NCBI GenBank assembly: GCA_010028705.1
Contig: RHAI01000018.1
Location: forward strand, 1-28,611
Direction of reading: 5' to 3'
Source of the DNA: a bacterium
Lineage (GTDB): Bacteria > Margulisbacteria > Marinamargulisbacteria > SXXA01
DNA length: 28,611 nt
The position numbers were made by a program, and so were the translations under genes. This document shows, piece by piece, positions 9,371 to 18,734 of this stretch. The notes under the pieces are model-generated. The model worked only from the letters and a program-made list of their open reading frames with translations, was not told the DNA's origin and did no database searches. The first letter of the stretch is position 1. Each line of letters starts with the position of its first letter.

Positions 9371-10549
9371 ATGAATTCGAAATTTAAAATAGCCGTCATG
9401 TTAATTTGTAGTGCGATTGGAGGAATATTAATTGGAGATAAGGCATCGGTATTACTTCCAGCTGTCAAGCTAATCATGGGTGCTTTTAAATTTGTTGTGA
9501 TCCCGTTCGTGTTTACGTCGGTTATATTAGCGATACTGGGTATTAAAAATGGGCTATGCAAAATAGCGACTGGTACAGGTGTCGTTTTTTTTGCTTTGAC
9601 GTTATCTGCCGTTGTATGGGCTGGTTTGGTGGCGTACTCAATGCCTACATCGCTATTCCCTCCCCAGGAACATGTCGGTGCAAATTTGCCGTCCCTCGGG
9701 GTATCGGAATGGATTGCCAATTCTGTCCCGACAAATTTATTTTTCGCGTTGTCTTCTGGTAATTTGTTTCAAATATTGCTGTGTGGTGTAGTTGTTGCGC
9801 TAGCTATCCGATCGGTTGGTGGAGCCCCGACAGTGAATCGGCTCATCGAGGAATTTCATTCGATCGTTCACGCGTGGGTATCTGTACTGAATCGTATGAT
9901 ATGGATACTTATCTCACTGGTGATTGTGTGGGCTGTTGGTACGTGTGGGGCCCAACTGGGGCACTCGACGGCAATCCTAATCCTCGCTATGGTTTTAGCT
10001 ATAATCGCGCAAACGCTTATAACCTACTCGTGTGTTGTTTCTTGGTTTAGCAACGTAAAATTAACCCGATTTTGGACGATTGCTTTTAAAGTGTGGACGA
10101 CAGCTTGCGCGACGACGAGTGCCGCTGCGACGTTGCCCACAACCATTGCCGCTATGGAGGAACTAGGGATTAATAAATCGATATCTCAGTTTGTCGCGCC
10201 GTTGGGATCAATAGCGAATAAAGGGGGAACTGCCATTTTTCAATTGGTTTCAATTTGGGTGATATGTGTCACATTCAAAGTCTCTCTTAATCCGATAATT
10301 ATTCTCAAGATCGTATTGGTGGTACTTGCAACGTCATTTTCTACCGGAAGCATCCCGGGTGCTGGCCTTGTGGGGTTATCCCTGATAATCGATACCCTAG
10401 GGTTACCAGTCGCTGGGTTTGCTATTGCAGCCGCCGCTGATCGCTTGGCGGATATGGTTCGAACGCCGACTAATGTTGTCGGAGATTTAGCGGCGGCCGT
10501 AGTAATTAATACGATGTATCCTCAGCAAACCGATGAGCTGGCGGTTTAA
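9371..10549 (+). CDS. Dicarboxylate/amino acid:cation symporter (DAACS family)
   Basis: Multi-pass membrane protein with GSIANKGGTAIFQ, SIPGAGLVGL and DRLADMVRTPTNVVGDLAAAVVIN motifs. Confidence 0.88.
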   Translation: MNSKFKIAVMLICSAIGGILIGDKASVLLPAVKLIMGAFKFVVIPFVFTSVILAILGIKNGLCKIATGTGVVFFALTLSAVVWAGLVAYSMPTSLFPPQEHVGANLPSLGVSEWIANSVPTNLFFALSSGNLFQILLCGVVVALAIRSVGGAPTVNRLIEEFHSIVHAWVSVLNRMIWILISLVIVWAVGTCGAQLGHSTAILILAMVLAIIAQTLITYSCVVSWFSNVKLTRFWTIAFKVWTTACATTSAAATLPTTIAAMEELGINKSISQFVAPLGSIANKGGTAIFQLVSIWVICVTFKVSLNPIIILKIVLVVLATSFSTGSIPGAGLVGLSLIIDTLGLPVAGFAIAAAADRLADMVRTPTNVVGDLAAAVVINTMYPQQTDELAV

Positions 10550-10816
10550 ATCAGATATTTAACAATGTCTCCAGACGACTTGTTGGATAATCGTTTGCAC
10601 GATGAACAGGTATCGTTGTTTTTTTTCTCGACCCTGCTGTCTCAGGCCCTTTATCGCTGGATCGAAATGGCGCACTGCAGTGTTATTTATTGTTCAAAAT
10701 CCTCAACCCGGCGCCGCACTGTTTCAGGTGTTTCAAATCGAATTCCTACCATTTTGCCATTGGTTCCTATCCCAAGTGCATAATTTTAACTTAGCTATTG
10801 GCGTTGTCAGCAGCGC

Positions 10817-12118
10817 CTAGCAAAATCGAGGGGTTCGTCTCCATAGTATCTTGCCGTCAATAATAGTCATTACAGGCCAACCCACTAACCCCATTCCATG
10901 AAAGGGGGACAATTTACTTTTCGAACCAAAGCCGGCCTGATCTACCGACATTTCGGTTTTGGTATCGATGACGGTAAATGACGGTTTAGTATTGATCGCT
11001 ACGCCGGGTTTTTTTAACCTAAATATCCGTTTCGGATTGGTTGAAAGTAATTTGGCTATTAATGGCAGAGGAACGGCCCGTCGGTGGACTAACGCGGTAA
11101 TAACAGACGGTAGAAAGGTATCGATTCCACTCATTCCATACTCGGCACTAACAAAATCCGTTCGTTTTCCGTCGATGGTATGGGGTTGATGGTGAGATGC
11201 AAGTATATCAATGGTTCCGTCCGAAATACCCTCGATCAATGCCTCGATATCATCGCGAGTCCGGAGCGGGGGGCGACATTTGTATATCGGATCATAGCCT
11301 TCAATATCCGACTCGTCGAACATCAGGTAATGCGGCGCCGTGCCGCACGTAATCGATAATCCCCGAGCTTTTGCTTTCCGGATCAGATCAACGGTTGCCC
11401 GTGTTGTTACTGGAAATACATGCAAAAAACCACCAAAACGTTCGAGTAATTTAATATCTCGAGATAATCGGACTTCTTCGGACTCAGCCGGAATTCCTTT
11501 CAATCCAAGGACCGTCGATACGCTTCCCTCGTTCATTACCCCGTTTTGACTGAGAAGTGGGTCTTCTGGAGTAATAATAACTGGACGATCAAGATCCGAA
11601 CTATAATGGAGCGCGTGTCTCATCAGGCCCGTATGCTCCAGGGAATTTCCATCTGTAAATCCCACCGCCCCGGCATCACTCATCAAGTATAGCTCCGCTA
11701 ATTCTAGGCCAGACATATTTTTAGACAGTGCACCAAGGGGATAAATTGGGACTAAGGACGATTCCTTTCGTCGTCCGTGAATAAACGATACCATTTCGGG
11801 AGTGTCGATAATCGGATGCGTGTCAGGGGTTGAAATCAGCAGCGTAATGCCGCCAGATAAGGCCGCCTTGCTGGCGGTAGCCAGGGTTTCCTTATCTTCC
11901 TCACCTGGTTCCCGAAGCGAAACGTGACTGTCGATAATATTTGAAATGATATATTTGCCTTTAAGATCAATGACCTCGGAAGTAACCGCATCTTCTTCAG
12001 GGACATATCCAAGGCCAACCACCATGCCAGTTTCATCTAAAAAGATGTTGGTTATGTCCTCAGTGTTAGTGACTGGATCTACCAGTCGGCCGTTTATGAT
12101 GGCCGTCAGTGAGGTCAT
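10817..12118 (-). CDS. pyrC': Dihydroorotase-like protein, probably non-catalytic (PyrC'-type)
   Basis: DSHVSLREPG, PLGALSKNMSGLELAELYLMSDAGAVGF, GLKGIPAESEE, ASHHQPHTIDGK; overlaps pyrB by 4 nt. Catalytic metal ligands substituted. Confidence 0.85.
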   Translation of the reverse strand: MTSLTAIINGRLVDPVTNTEDITNIFLDETGMVVGLGYVPEEDAVTSEVIDLKGKYIISNIIDSHVSLREPGEEDKETLATASKAALSGGITLLISTPDTHPIIDTPEMVSFIHGRRKESSLVPIYPLGALSKNMSGLELAELYLMSDAGAVGFTDGNSLEHTGLMRHALHYSSDLDRPVIITPEDPLLSQNGVMNEGSVSTVLGLKGIPAESEEVRLSRDIKLLERFGGFLHVFPVTTRATVDLIRKAKARGLSITCGTAPHYLMFDESDIEGYDPIYKCRPPLRTRDDIEALIEGISDGTIDILASHHQPHTIDGKRTDFVSAEYGMSGIDTFLPSVITALVHRRAVPLPLIAKLLSTNPKRIFRLKKPGVAINTKPSFTVIDTKTEMSVDQAGFGSKSKLSPFHGMGLVGWPVMTIIDGKILWRRTPRFC

Positions 12119-13044
12119 GCGGTGCCTCCTTTGCTTAAAAGTTGTTGAAGTATTGCCATTCGAACGATGACCCCATTAGCGACTTGGTCAAGAATAACGT
12201 TGTGGGGACCATCGGCCACATCTGAGTCGATTTCAATACCGCGGTTAATGGGTCCAGGGTGGAGAATGTTAACGGTGGGCTTCGCGTGTTGTAGTCGATC
12301 TAATGTTAATCCAAACCGATCGCGATACTCCCGGACCGTTGGAAAATAACCAAGGTCCTGTCGTTCGTATTGAATACGTAACACATTAATAAAGTCCATA
12401 TGGGGAATGGCTTTGGCTAAATCAGGGACTACGATTGCACCCATATGTTCAATGCCAGCCGGAATCAGGGTGGGAGGACCGGCAACAAAGACATTCGCCC
12501 CCAACGTTTTAAGGGCCCATATGTTCGATCGGGCGACTCGGGAATGTAGAATATCCCCCAGTATTAATACGTTTTTGCCAGTGACCGTTCCTTGTTTTTC
12601 GATCATAGTAAACACATCCAGTAGGCCTTGAGATGGATGCTCATTAAACCCATCCCCCGCGTTTATGACAGGAACTCCAAGGGTATTGTCGACAAAATGT
12701 GGGACCCCGGCATGGCGGTGACGGACAACAATACCGTCAAACCCCATCGCGTCTAAGTTTTTTATTGTGTCGAATAAAGTTTCACCTTTTTTAACCGACG
12801 ATGATTCCAAATTTAAAGCAACTGAACTACCCCCAAGGCGCTTGACGGCGGTTTCAAAACTGACGCGAGTTCGAGTCGACGGTTCAAAAAATAAGTTCAA
12901 AATGGTTTGGCCGCTCAAACTACGAGGGTGTTGGTTTTCAGTAAACGATTTTTTAAGTTCAAGCGCTGAGTTGATCAGACGTAATAATTGCTCAGAATTT
13001 AGAAAACGAAGTGCTAACAGACTTTTTGAGGAAGAAATTTTCAT
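12115..13044 (-). CDS. pyrB: Aspartate carbamoyltransferase catalytic subunit
   Basis: FFEPSTRTRVSFETA, GDGFNEHPSQGLLD, GDILHSRVARS, HPGPINRG. Confidence 0.97.
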   Translation of the reverse strand: MKISSSKSLLALRFLNSEQLLRLINSALELKKSFTENQHPRSLSGQTILNLFFEPSTRTRVSFETAVKRLGGSSVALNLESSSVKKGETLFDTIKNLDAMGFDGIVVRHRHAGVPHFVDNTLGVPVINAGDGFNEHPSQGLLDVFTMIEKQGTVTGKNVLILGDILHSRVARSNIWALKTLGANVFVAGPPTLIPAGIEHMGAIVVPDLAKAIPHMDFINVLRIQYERQDLGYFPTVREYRDRFGLTLDRLQHAKPTVNILHPGPINRGIEIDSDVADGPHNVILDQVANGVIVRMAILQQLLSKGGTA

Positions 13045-13069
13045 TAAAAGTCTATATTATGTTCCTCTA

Positions 13070-13750
13070 ATGCAATATGCAAGAAAAAACGATCAATCAC
13101 GACACGTTAGACTTGGAGTAATTATTTTATTTATCGCACTTATCATCTGTGCTCCACAGTGTGTCGCCGAGGATGAACCGAATCACGTCATTCTCGGATC
13201 GGCTCTGATTGGTGCATTGTGGGGGGTAGGCGACAGTGTAATAAATCAACGCGATCTGTTCAAATCAACCTGGGACGGTGCCTTGACCGGCGCTTCGGTT
13301 CCGGGTGCCGTCGTGGGATTGACGCTTGGAACATCCCTCGGTGTGGCGGTGAACGTGGCGATCGGACAGCCGATCAATGAGAAAGGTTTAGTGGGTTGGG
13401 CGAGTGCCGGCGTCCTAATGGGGACAATCCTGACACATGCGACCCTTATCAATGGTGTCGAGAATGCGTCGGGTCGGAGTCTAGCACTGGCCGTTGACGC
13501 GGTCTACCTTGGATTGGCCACCTACACGGCATCCGTGACCGCCAAAGAACGCCAGAGAATTACGACGAGTGACGCAATCCTACATCGGCAAACCATGGCC
13601 ACCGTTCGCCGATATTTTGACCCCGGTACCGCCTTGACAATTGGGTTTGCCAAGGAAGCGTCGGACTATTTTTTGGGAACAGGCCACCCCGAAATTCGCG
13701 ATCTAAAAAATGATTGGGAGGGTACTTTTAACGGAATAAATACGTACTAA
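13070..13750 (+). CDS. Glycine-rich secreted or membrane protein of unknown function
   Basis: ATG at 13070 gives MQYARKNDQSRHVRLGVIILFIALIICAPQCVAE signal peptide, followed by GSALIGALWGVGDSV / GALTGASVPGAVVGLTLGTSLG; upstream part of the 12767 ORF overlaps pyrB antisense and is probably not translated. Confidence 0.7.
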   Translation: MQYARKNDQSRHVRLGVIILFIALIICAPQCVAEDEPNHVILGSALIGALWGVGDSVINQRDLFKSTWDGALTGASVPGAVVGLTLGTSLGVAVNVAIGQPINEKGLVGWASAGVLMGTILTHATLINGVENASGRSLALAVDAVYLGLATYTASVTAKERQRITTSDAILHRQTMATVRRYFDPGTALTIGFAKEASDYFLGTGHPEIRDLKNDWEGTFNGINTY

Positions 13751-13761
13751 GTTGGCTCGCG

Positions 13762-14400
13762 TTACCGGTAATGAATAATGGATTCTTTATCAAATCGCAC
13801 TTTCTTAGCCAAACTGTATTTGTCGGCGATGTCCCGGTATCCGAGGGCAACAGCCGCAACTGTCGTGTAGTCGGTGTCAGTCAAGTTAAGCAGCCGGTCA
13901 TAGTCGGCCGAGCTTAGCCCTTCTAACGGGCAGGTGTCAATTTTAAGCATCGCCGCTGTGGCAAGTAACATTCCCATGGCAATATATACCTGACGTTGAG
14001 TCCACGACTCAATCGCTTGAGACGGTTGGGAGGCTTTACCCAATATCATATTTCGGTAGCCATCCAGTGAACTCGGATCTACTCCACGGACCTCAACAAT
14101 CCGATTCAAGTAGGCATCGATGTATTGAACATCCATCGTTTTTTTCGCTGTTAACACCACGAAATGCGATGCGTCTTCCACCTGACTTTGGTTCCATGAT
14201 GCGGCGCGTAGTTGTGTTCGGAGTGTCTTGTCTTGGACAACAATAAACTGCCATGGCTGAATTCCAAATGACGAGGGTGACAGGTGTAATGCGTTTTCTA
14301 GAGTGTTCCAATCGCTCGCGTCGATTGTTTTTGATGCGTCAAATTGTTTGACCGCATATCGCCATTCGAGAGCTGTTTGAACATCGGTATTGATAGTCAT
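13762..14400 (-). CDS. Nitroreductase family NAD(P)H-dependent oxidoreductase
   Basis: EWRYAVKQFDASK, LSPSSFGIQPWQFIVV, YIAMGMLLATAAMLKIDTCPLEG, VALGYR motifs. Confidence 0.93.
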   Translation of the reverse strand: MTINTDVQTALEWRYAVKQFDASKTIDASDWNTLENALHLSPSSFGIQPWQFIVVQDKTLRTQLRAASWNQSQVEDASHFVVLTAKKTMDVQYIDAYLNRIVEVRGVDPSSLDGYRNMILGKASQPSQAIESWTQRQVYIAMGMLLATAAMLKIDTCPLEGLSSADYDRLLNLTDTDYTTVAAVALGYRDIADKYSLAKKVRFDKESIIHYR

Positions 14401-14442
14401 AACGAACCGCCTTTTACTGATTTTATGTGGAGCGAAAGGATA

Positions 14443-16419
14443 TTACTCGTGTCGTAAAGATTCAATAGGATTCAACCCGGATGCCGTTTTAGCTGGCCAA
14501 AACCCAAAACAGATACCGCTGGCCATGGAGAATCCGAATGCACCCAAAAGTGCACTGGGAGTCAGCACGACTAGCCACCCCGCCGTCTGACTAAAAATTT
14601 GGGTAATTGTCACACCAATACCGATTCCCAGAATGCCACCTGAAACGCTAATACAGATCGATTCAATTAAAAATTGAGTGAGTATGGCGCCTGGGGTGGC
14701 CCCCAAGGCCTTTCGTAAACCAATTTCCCGGGTTCGTTCTGTCACTGTGACCAACATGATGTTCATCACGCCAATGCCACCGACCACCAACGAAATAACG
14801 GCAATCGCTGCCAGTAAAATACTCATCGTTTGGCTAGTTTGGGCCATCGCCTCCTGGATATCTGCCATGTTTCGGATTCGGATTGCATCGTCGTCTTTGT
14901 CGGAAATGCGGTGCCGTTTGCGAATCCACTCGTTGATCTCGACTTGTTTCGTATCCAGATCCTCCCGAGATTGCATTTCGATTTCGATTGAATCGACGAA
15001 TGTTTTACCCAGTACCCGATTCATTGCCGTACTTAATGGAACTACCACCACATCATCGTTGTCTCGGAAACCGGTGCTCCCTTTTTCAGGTAGCAGGCCG
15101 ATCACGGTAAATATCGTGCGATCGATACAAATTTGCTTACCAACGGGATTGTCATTAATGGCGCCAGTCGTTGGATCTCCAAATATGTTTTTGGCAAGCG
15201 TCAGGCCGATTAACGCGACTCGTCGGCGAGAACGGTGGTCGGATTGACTGAAAAATTGGCCCTGGGTGGGCGTCATTGCGCGAATAAATTCGTATTGAGG
15301 GAGTGCTCCAATTAAATTCGTTGACGTATTTTTGTTTCGATATCTAACCCTGACTTTTCCTGATACGACGGGTGATGCCTCTGCGATTCCATGGATATCT
15401 TTTTTCAAAAGCGCTGAATCCATCACATCAAGTCGCGTACTCAGTCCTGGGTCCATTGCGACGGCACCTTGTCGAGATGTGCCTGTGCTGACGATTAACA
15501 GATTCGATCCCAGCCCGGCAAGACGTTTTTCTATGTCTTGTTTGGCGCCGGCGCCCAATCCCAGCATCGTGATTAATGAGGCCACGCCGATTAAAATTCC
15601 CAGCATTGACAAAAATGACCGTAATCCGTGACTCAGGATCGATCGAAGTGCTTGACGGAAATCCGCTCCCATTCGGCGCATCACAACGGTATAAATCGAC
15701 ACGTTGGTGGGGGATTCCAACTCAATCGGTCGATCAACGGAACGTGGCGTGTGGGTAATGTCGCTAAGAATTTCGCCATCACGAAGGGTTACCACTCGAT
15801 GTGCCATGGCCGCGACCTCGGCGTCGTGAGTGATTAAAATAACTGTCTTTCCCTGAGAGTTTAGATGGTTAAAAATGCCCATGATGTCGGCTTGGCTCCC
15901 CGAATCGAGGTTCCCGGTAGGTTCATCGGCGAAAATAATGCTGGGATTGTTCATCATTGCCCGTGCAATCGCGACCCGTTGTTGTTGACCCCCAGATAGT
16001 TGTGCCGGCGTATGGGTTAATCGGTGGGACAATCCAACGGTGTTTAATAATGTCTGTGCCCGTCCCTGTGGTCGGTCTACGTGATTCGAGTAGTTGGCGG
16101 GTAGTGCCACATTATCTAACGCCGATGTTCTTGGGAGTAGGTTGAATTGCTGGAAGACGAATCCAATGGTTGTCGCCCGCAGTCGCGCCAGTTCGTTGTC
16201 GGATAGGTGGGCGGGGTTCACGCCGTTAATGACTAATTCCCCGTCCGACACGGTATCGAGGAGTCCCATGATGTTCATCAGTGTTGATTTGCCTGACCCC
16301 GATGGTCCAATAATCGCGATAAATTCTCCGGGGTGAATGGTTAGGGTTACGCCATTTAAAATGGCCACCGTTTCGCCGCCAATTGAGTACGACTTCTTAA
16401 TCCCGTTGCATACGATCAT
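14443..16419 (-). CDS. macB: MacB-like ABC transporter, fused ATPase and permease
   Basis: Walker A GPSGSGKST, LSGGQQQRVAIARA, ADEPTGNLD; MacB periplasmic core and C-terminal FtsX-like segment (GGIGVMNIMLVTVTERTREIGLRKALGA). Confidence 0.95.
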   Translation of the reverse strand: MIVCNGIKKSYSIGGETVAILNGVTLTIHPGEFIAIIGPSGSGKSTLMNIMGLLDTVSDGELVINGVNPAHLSDNELARLRATTIGFVFQQFNLLPRTSALDNVALPANYSNHVDRPQGRAQTLLNTVGLSHRLTHTPAQLSGGQQQRVAIARAMMNNPSIIFADEPTGNLDSGSQADIMGIFNHLNSQGKTVILITHDAEVAAMAHRVVTLRDGEILSDITHTPRSVDRPIELESPTNVSIYTVVMRRMGADFRQALRSILSHGLRSFLSMLGILIGVASLITMLGLGAGAKQDIEKRLAGLGSNLLIVSTGTSRQGAVAMDPGLSTRLDVMDSALLKKDIHGIAEASPVVSGKVRVRYRNKNTSTNLIGALPQYEFIRAMTPTQGQFFSQSDHRSRRRVALIGLTLAKNIFGDPTTGAINDNPVGKQICIDRTIFTVIGLLPEKGSTGFRDNDDVVVVPLSTAMNRVLGKTFVDSIEIEMQSREDLDTKQVEINEWIRKRHRISDKDDDAIRIRNMADIQEAMAQTSQTMSILLAAIAVISLVVGGIGVMNIMLVTVTERTREIGLRKALGATPGAILTQFLIESICISVSGGILGIGIGVTITQIFSQTAGWLVVLTPSALLGAFGFSMASGICFGFWPAKTASGLNPIESLRHE

Positions 16420-17381
16420 CGTCCAGATCGACCTCGACCCATCGTTGGATTCAGTGGACTCCCTTGCGAACGACGCCGTGACGGATTTGGACCCATCTCC
16501 TCGACGATTACGATTGGCAATGAGTGAGGAAGGGGCGTTAAAATTTCTGTGAATTCGCCATCCGTGATACCCGTAATCACGTCGATGTGAGTGTAGTTTC
16601 CCGTCGAGCTTTGAACCGTGACGGTTGACTTCCCGCGTCGTGAGTGAATGGCCTCATTCGGGAGTGCTTGGGCATTTTTGACCTTAGCGGATTCGAAATA
16701 GACGTAGGCTGTCATTCCTGCCCGCATGTCACGCATCGACTGGCGACTAATAATATCGATTAAGTAAACCGTAACATTGTTGATTACTTTGGATTCAAAC
16801 CCAATTTTGGATACTCGCCCTGATAATCGGCGACCCGGAAACGCATCAAGTTCATAAATGACTGGCATGCCAAGTCGTATTTTACCAACATCCGTCTCAT
16901 CAATTTGAACTTGGATTTTTAGCCGATCGGCGATCACGAATAAACTATCGTTGGCAACAACGGTCTGCCCAGGTTCTACTCCACGGGAAATAATCGTTCC
17001 TGATATTGGCGCGACGATGGGGGCCGGGCGAATCATGCTTTCCCATTTTTTAACTTCATCAGGGCCGATCGAACGGGCTCCATCCAATAATACCGCTCGA
17101 TCTGTCGAACTCATCCATGCAATGATTTGCCCCTGGTGCACGACCTCTCCCTCAACGACGGCTATTTTTTCGATGCGACCCGAAATGGGCGGTTTTATGT
17201 CGACACGTGTTTCAGGAACAACCGTCCCTGTGCCAGTGATTGTCGATGTGATCGTTCTGTTTTGAATATGAACACGACGAACGTTAGGTGAGGTTCTGGT
17301 TCTGGATGTTGGGAGTAAATAGTACCCGGCGATGGCACTCACTCCAATTGCTACTAGCCCCCAGATTACGAATTTTTTCAT
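16416..17381 (-). CDS. macA: Periplasmic adaptor (HlyD/MacA family) subunit
   Basis: PPISGRIEKIAVVEGEVVHQGQ and APISGTIISRGVEPGQTV lipoyl halves; 4-nt overlap with macB. Confidence 0.9.
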   Translation of the reverse strand: MKKFVIWGLVAIGVSAIAGYYLLPTSRTRTSPNVRRVHIQNRTITSTITGTGTVVPETRVDIKPPISGRIEKIAVVEGEVVHQGQIIAWMSSTDRAVLLDGARSIGPDEVKKWESMIRPAPIVAPISGTIISRGVEPGQTVVANDSLFVIADRLKIQVQIDETDVGKIRLGMPVIYELDAFPGRRLSGRVSKIGFESKVINNVTVYLIDIISRQSMRDMRAGMTAYVYFESAKVKNAQALPNEAIHSRRGKSTVTVQSSTGNYTHIDVITGITDGEFTEILTPLPHSLPIVIVEEMGPNPSRRRSQGSPLNPTMGRGRSGR

Positions 17382-18640
17382 CGGACACCTCCTAAATTAT
17401 GTTGCTGGATTTGCCAGTCGAGATTTGATTTTGCAACGGCAACTTTCGCTGTTTGGAGTTGACGCATTTGACTAATCGTTTGCGATTCAATTAGATCCCA
17501 ATTGTCGTAAGTGATTAAGCCTGAATTGTATTGCGCAGACGCAATATCGGATCGTTTTTGGGCCGCCGCCACGAGCCTCGTTTGCACCGATAGCACGTCA
17601 ATCGCATTTTTTAGTGCGTTCCACGCGTCGATGAGTTGTAACTTTTGATTTCGTATTTCAGCCATATAATCTGCCGTTGCCTGAGCAATCGCAATATCAG
17701 CCTGTTTGATTTTGGTTTCCGTTGACCCATTTAGGCCAAGCGGGACGGTGACAAATCCCGTAATTCCCGAGGACAGCGACGCGCTGGATCCTTGAGTGGC
17801 GGTACCCATGACCGCGACTTTGGCCGTCGGCCCGAGCGTGTTTTCCACCCCGCGTTTTGAACATATGAGAGACAGGATGGTGAGTTGTTTCGAGATCACG
17901 CTGGGTAAATTCGCGACGATCTTGTCAAAATCGGGTGCTGTGGGTAGCGTTAAAAATTGATTGACATTGAGTGTTGTAATAGAAATCCCCGGATTTCCTG
18001 TCATAATTCGTAATTTCTGTTCTGCCAAGTTCTTGTTTCTCCGGGCGATTTGCGTGTCTATTTTTGCTTGATCCCACTGAGCGCCAGCCCACGTCCATGC
18101 GCCGAGATGTTCCCGTCCTGAGTTAAATCGAGCCGTTAGCAATTCCACATTTTTTTGACGGCGATCCTCAATAGTTTGTGCGATTCCAATTATTTCTCGG
18201 TTATTCCACACGTCGATATAGGCATTCCCAAATTCTCGCCAAATTGCGGCTAGTGTCAGTTGGTACTGTGCCTCAGCCGTCTGAACCTCTATGCTCGAAC
18301 GGGATAATTCAGGATTTTCCCAAAGTATGGGGAATATCGATTGAGTGAGCGATAGACCGATACTACTGGAAAAATTTGATGCATTTTTTTGGTTGCCTTC
18401 GATGGTCAATTCTGCCGACCCTATCGATAGCTGTTGGGCGATCGCCATATTAAGCGACGCCGATTGGATGGTGTAACGAGCCGATGCCACGCCAGGGATG
18501 GCGGGGAGCGCATCCTTGATTAATTGATCGAGCTCCGTTGCGCTCGCCTGGACGGTGATTAACCAGGTGATACCCATTACGACGCACCATCTGAGAGTGG
18601 TAAAGTTGGCGACACTGAATGTAGTTGACAAGCGGTTCAT
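17378..18640 (-). CDS. TolC-family outer membrane efflux protein
   Basis: TolC-like coiled-coil repeats (LAQIWREFGNAYIDVWNNREII-type and MAEIRNQKLQLIDAWNALKNAIDVL...DIASAQYNSGLITYDNWDLIE); ATG at 18640 gives a signal peptide, 4-nt overlap with macA. Confidence 0.87.
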   Translation of the reverse strand: MNRLSTTFSVANFTTLRWCVVMGITWLITVQASATELDQLIKDALPAIPGVASARYTIQSASLNMAIAQQLSIGSAELTIEGNQKNASNFSSSIGLSLTQSIFPILWENPELSRSSIEVQTAEAQYQLTLAAIWREFGNAYIDVWNNREIIGIAQTIEDRRQKNVELLTARFNSGREHLGAWTWAGAQWDQAKIDTQIARRNKNLAEQKLRIMTGNPGISITTLNVNQFLTLPTAPDFDKIVANLPSVISKQLTILSLICSKRGVENTLGPTAKVAVMGTATQGSSASLSSGITGFVTVPLGLNGSTETKIKQADIAIAQATADYMAEIRNQKLQLIDAWNALKNAIDVLSVQTRLVAAAQKRSDIASAQYNSGLITYDNWDLIESQTISQMRQLQTAKVAVAKSNLDWQIQQHNLGGVR

Positions 18641-18734
18641 GGGGTTTTCCTTCGGACACTCCGGTCTGGAGCAGTAGTGACGATTTTGATTACAGTTGGG
18701 TGGCGGCATGCAAATGCTATAGACTTATTCTACC

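Noticed and set aside
10565-10820. Small plus-strand ORFs between the symporter and pyrC'
   Set aside because: Low-complexity or Arg/Cys/Phe-skewed translations, no SD, and no conserved motif; a short hairpin at 10800-10817 (GGCGTTG-tcag-CAGCGCC) near the pyrC' stop was noted but lacks a U-tract and is too weak to call.
12767-13069. N-terminal extension of the 12767-13750 ORF
   Set aside because: It is antisense to the 5' end of pyrB, and a clean ATG with signal peptide exists at 13070.
14443-18640. Novel export system from the tolC-macA-macB genes
   Set aside because: All three members carry ordinary MacAB-TolC tripartite efflux motifs and the standard overlapping-gene order; nothing in the sequence departs from that family.
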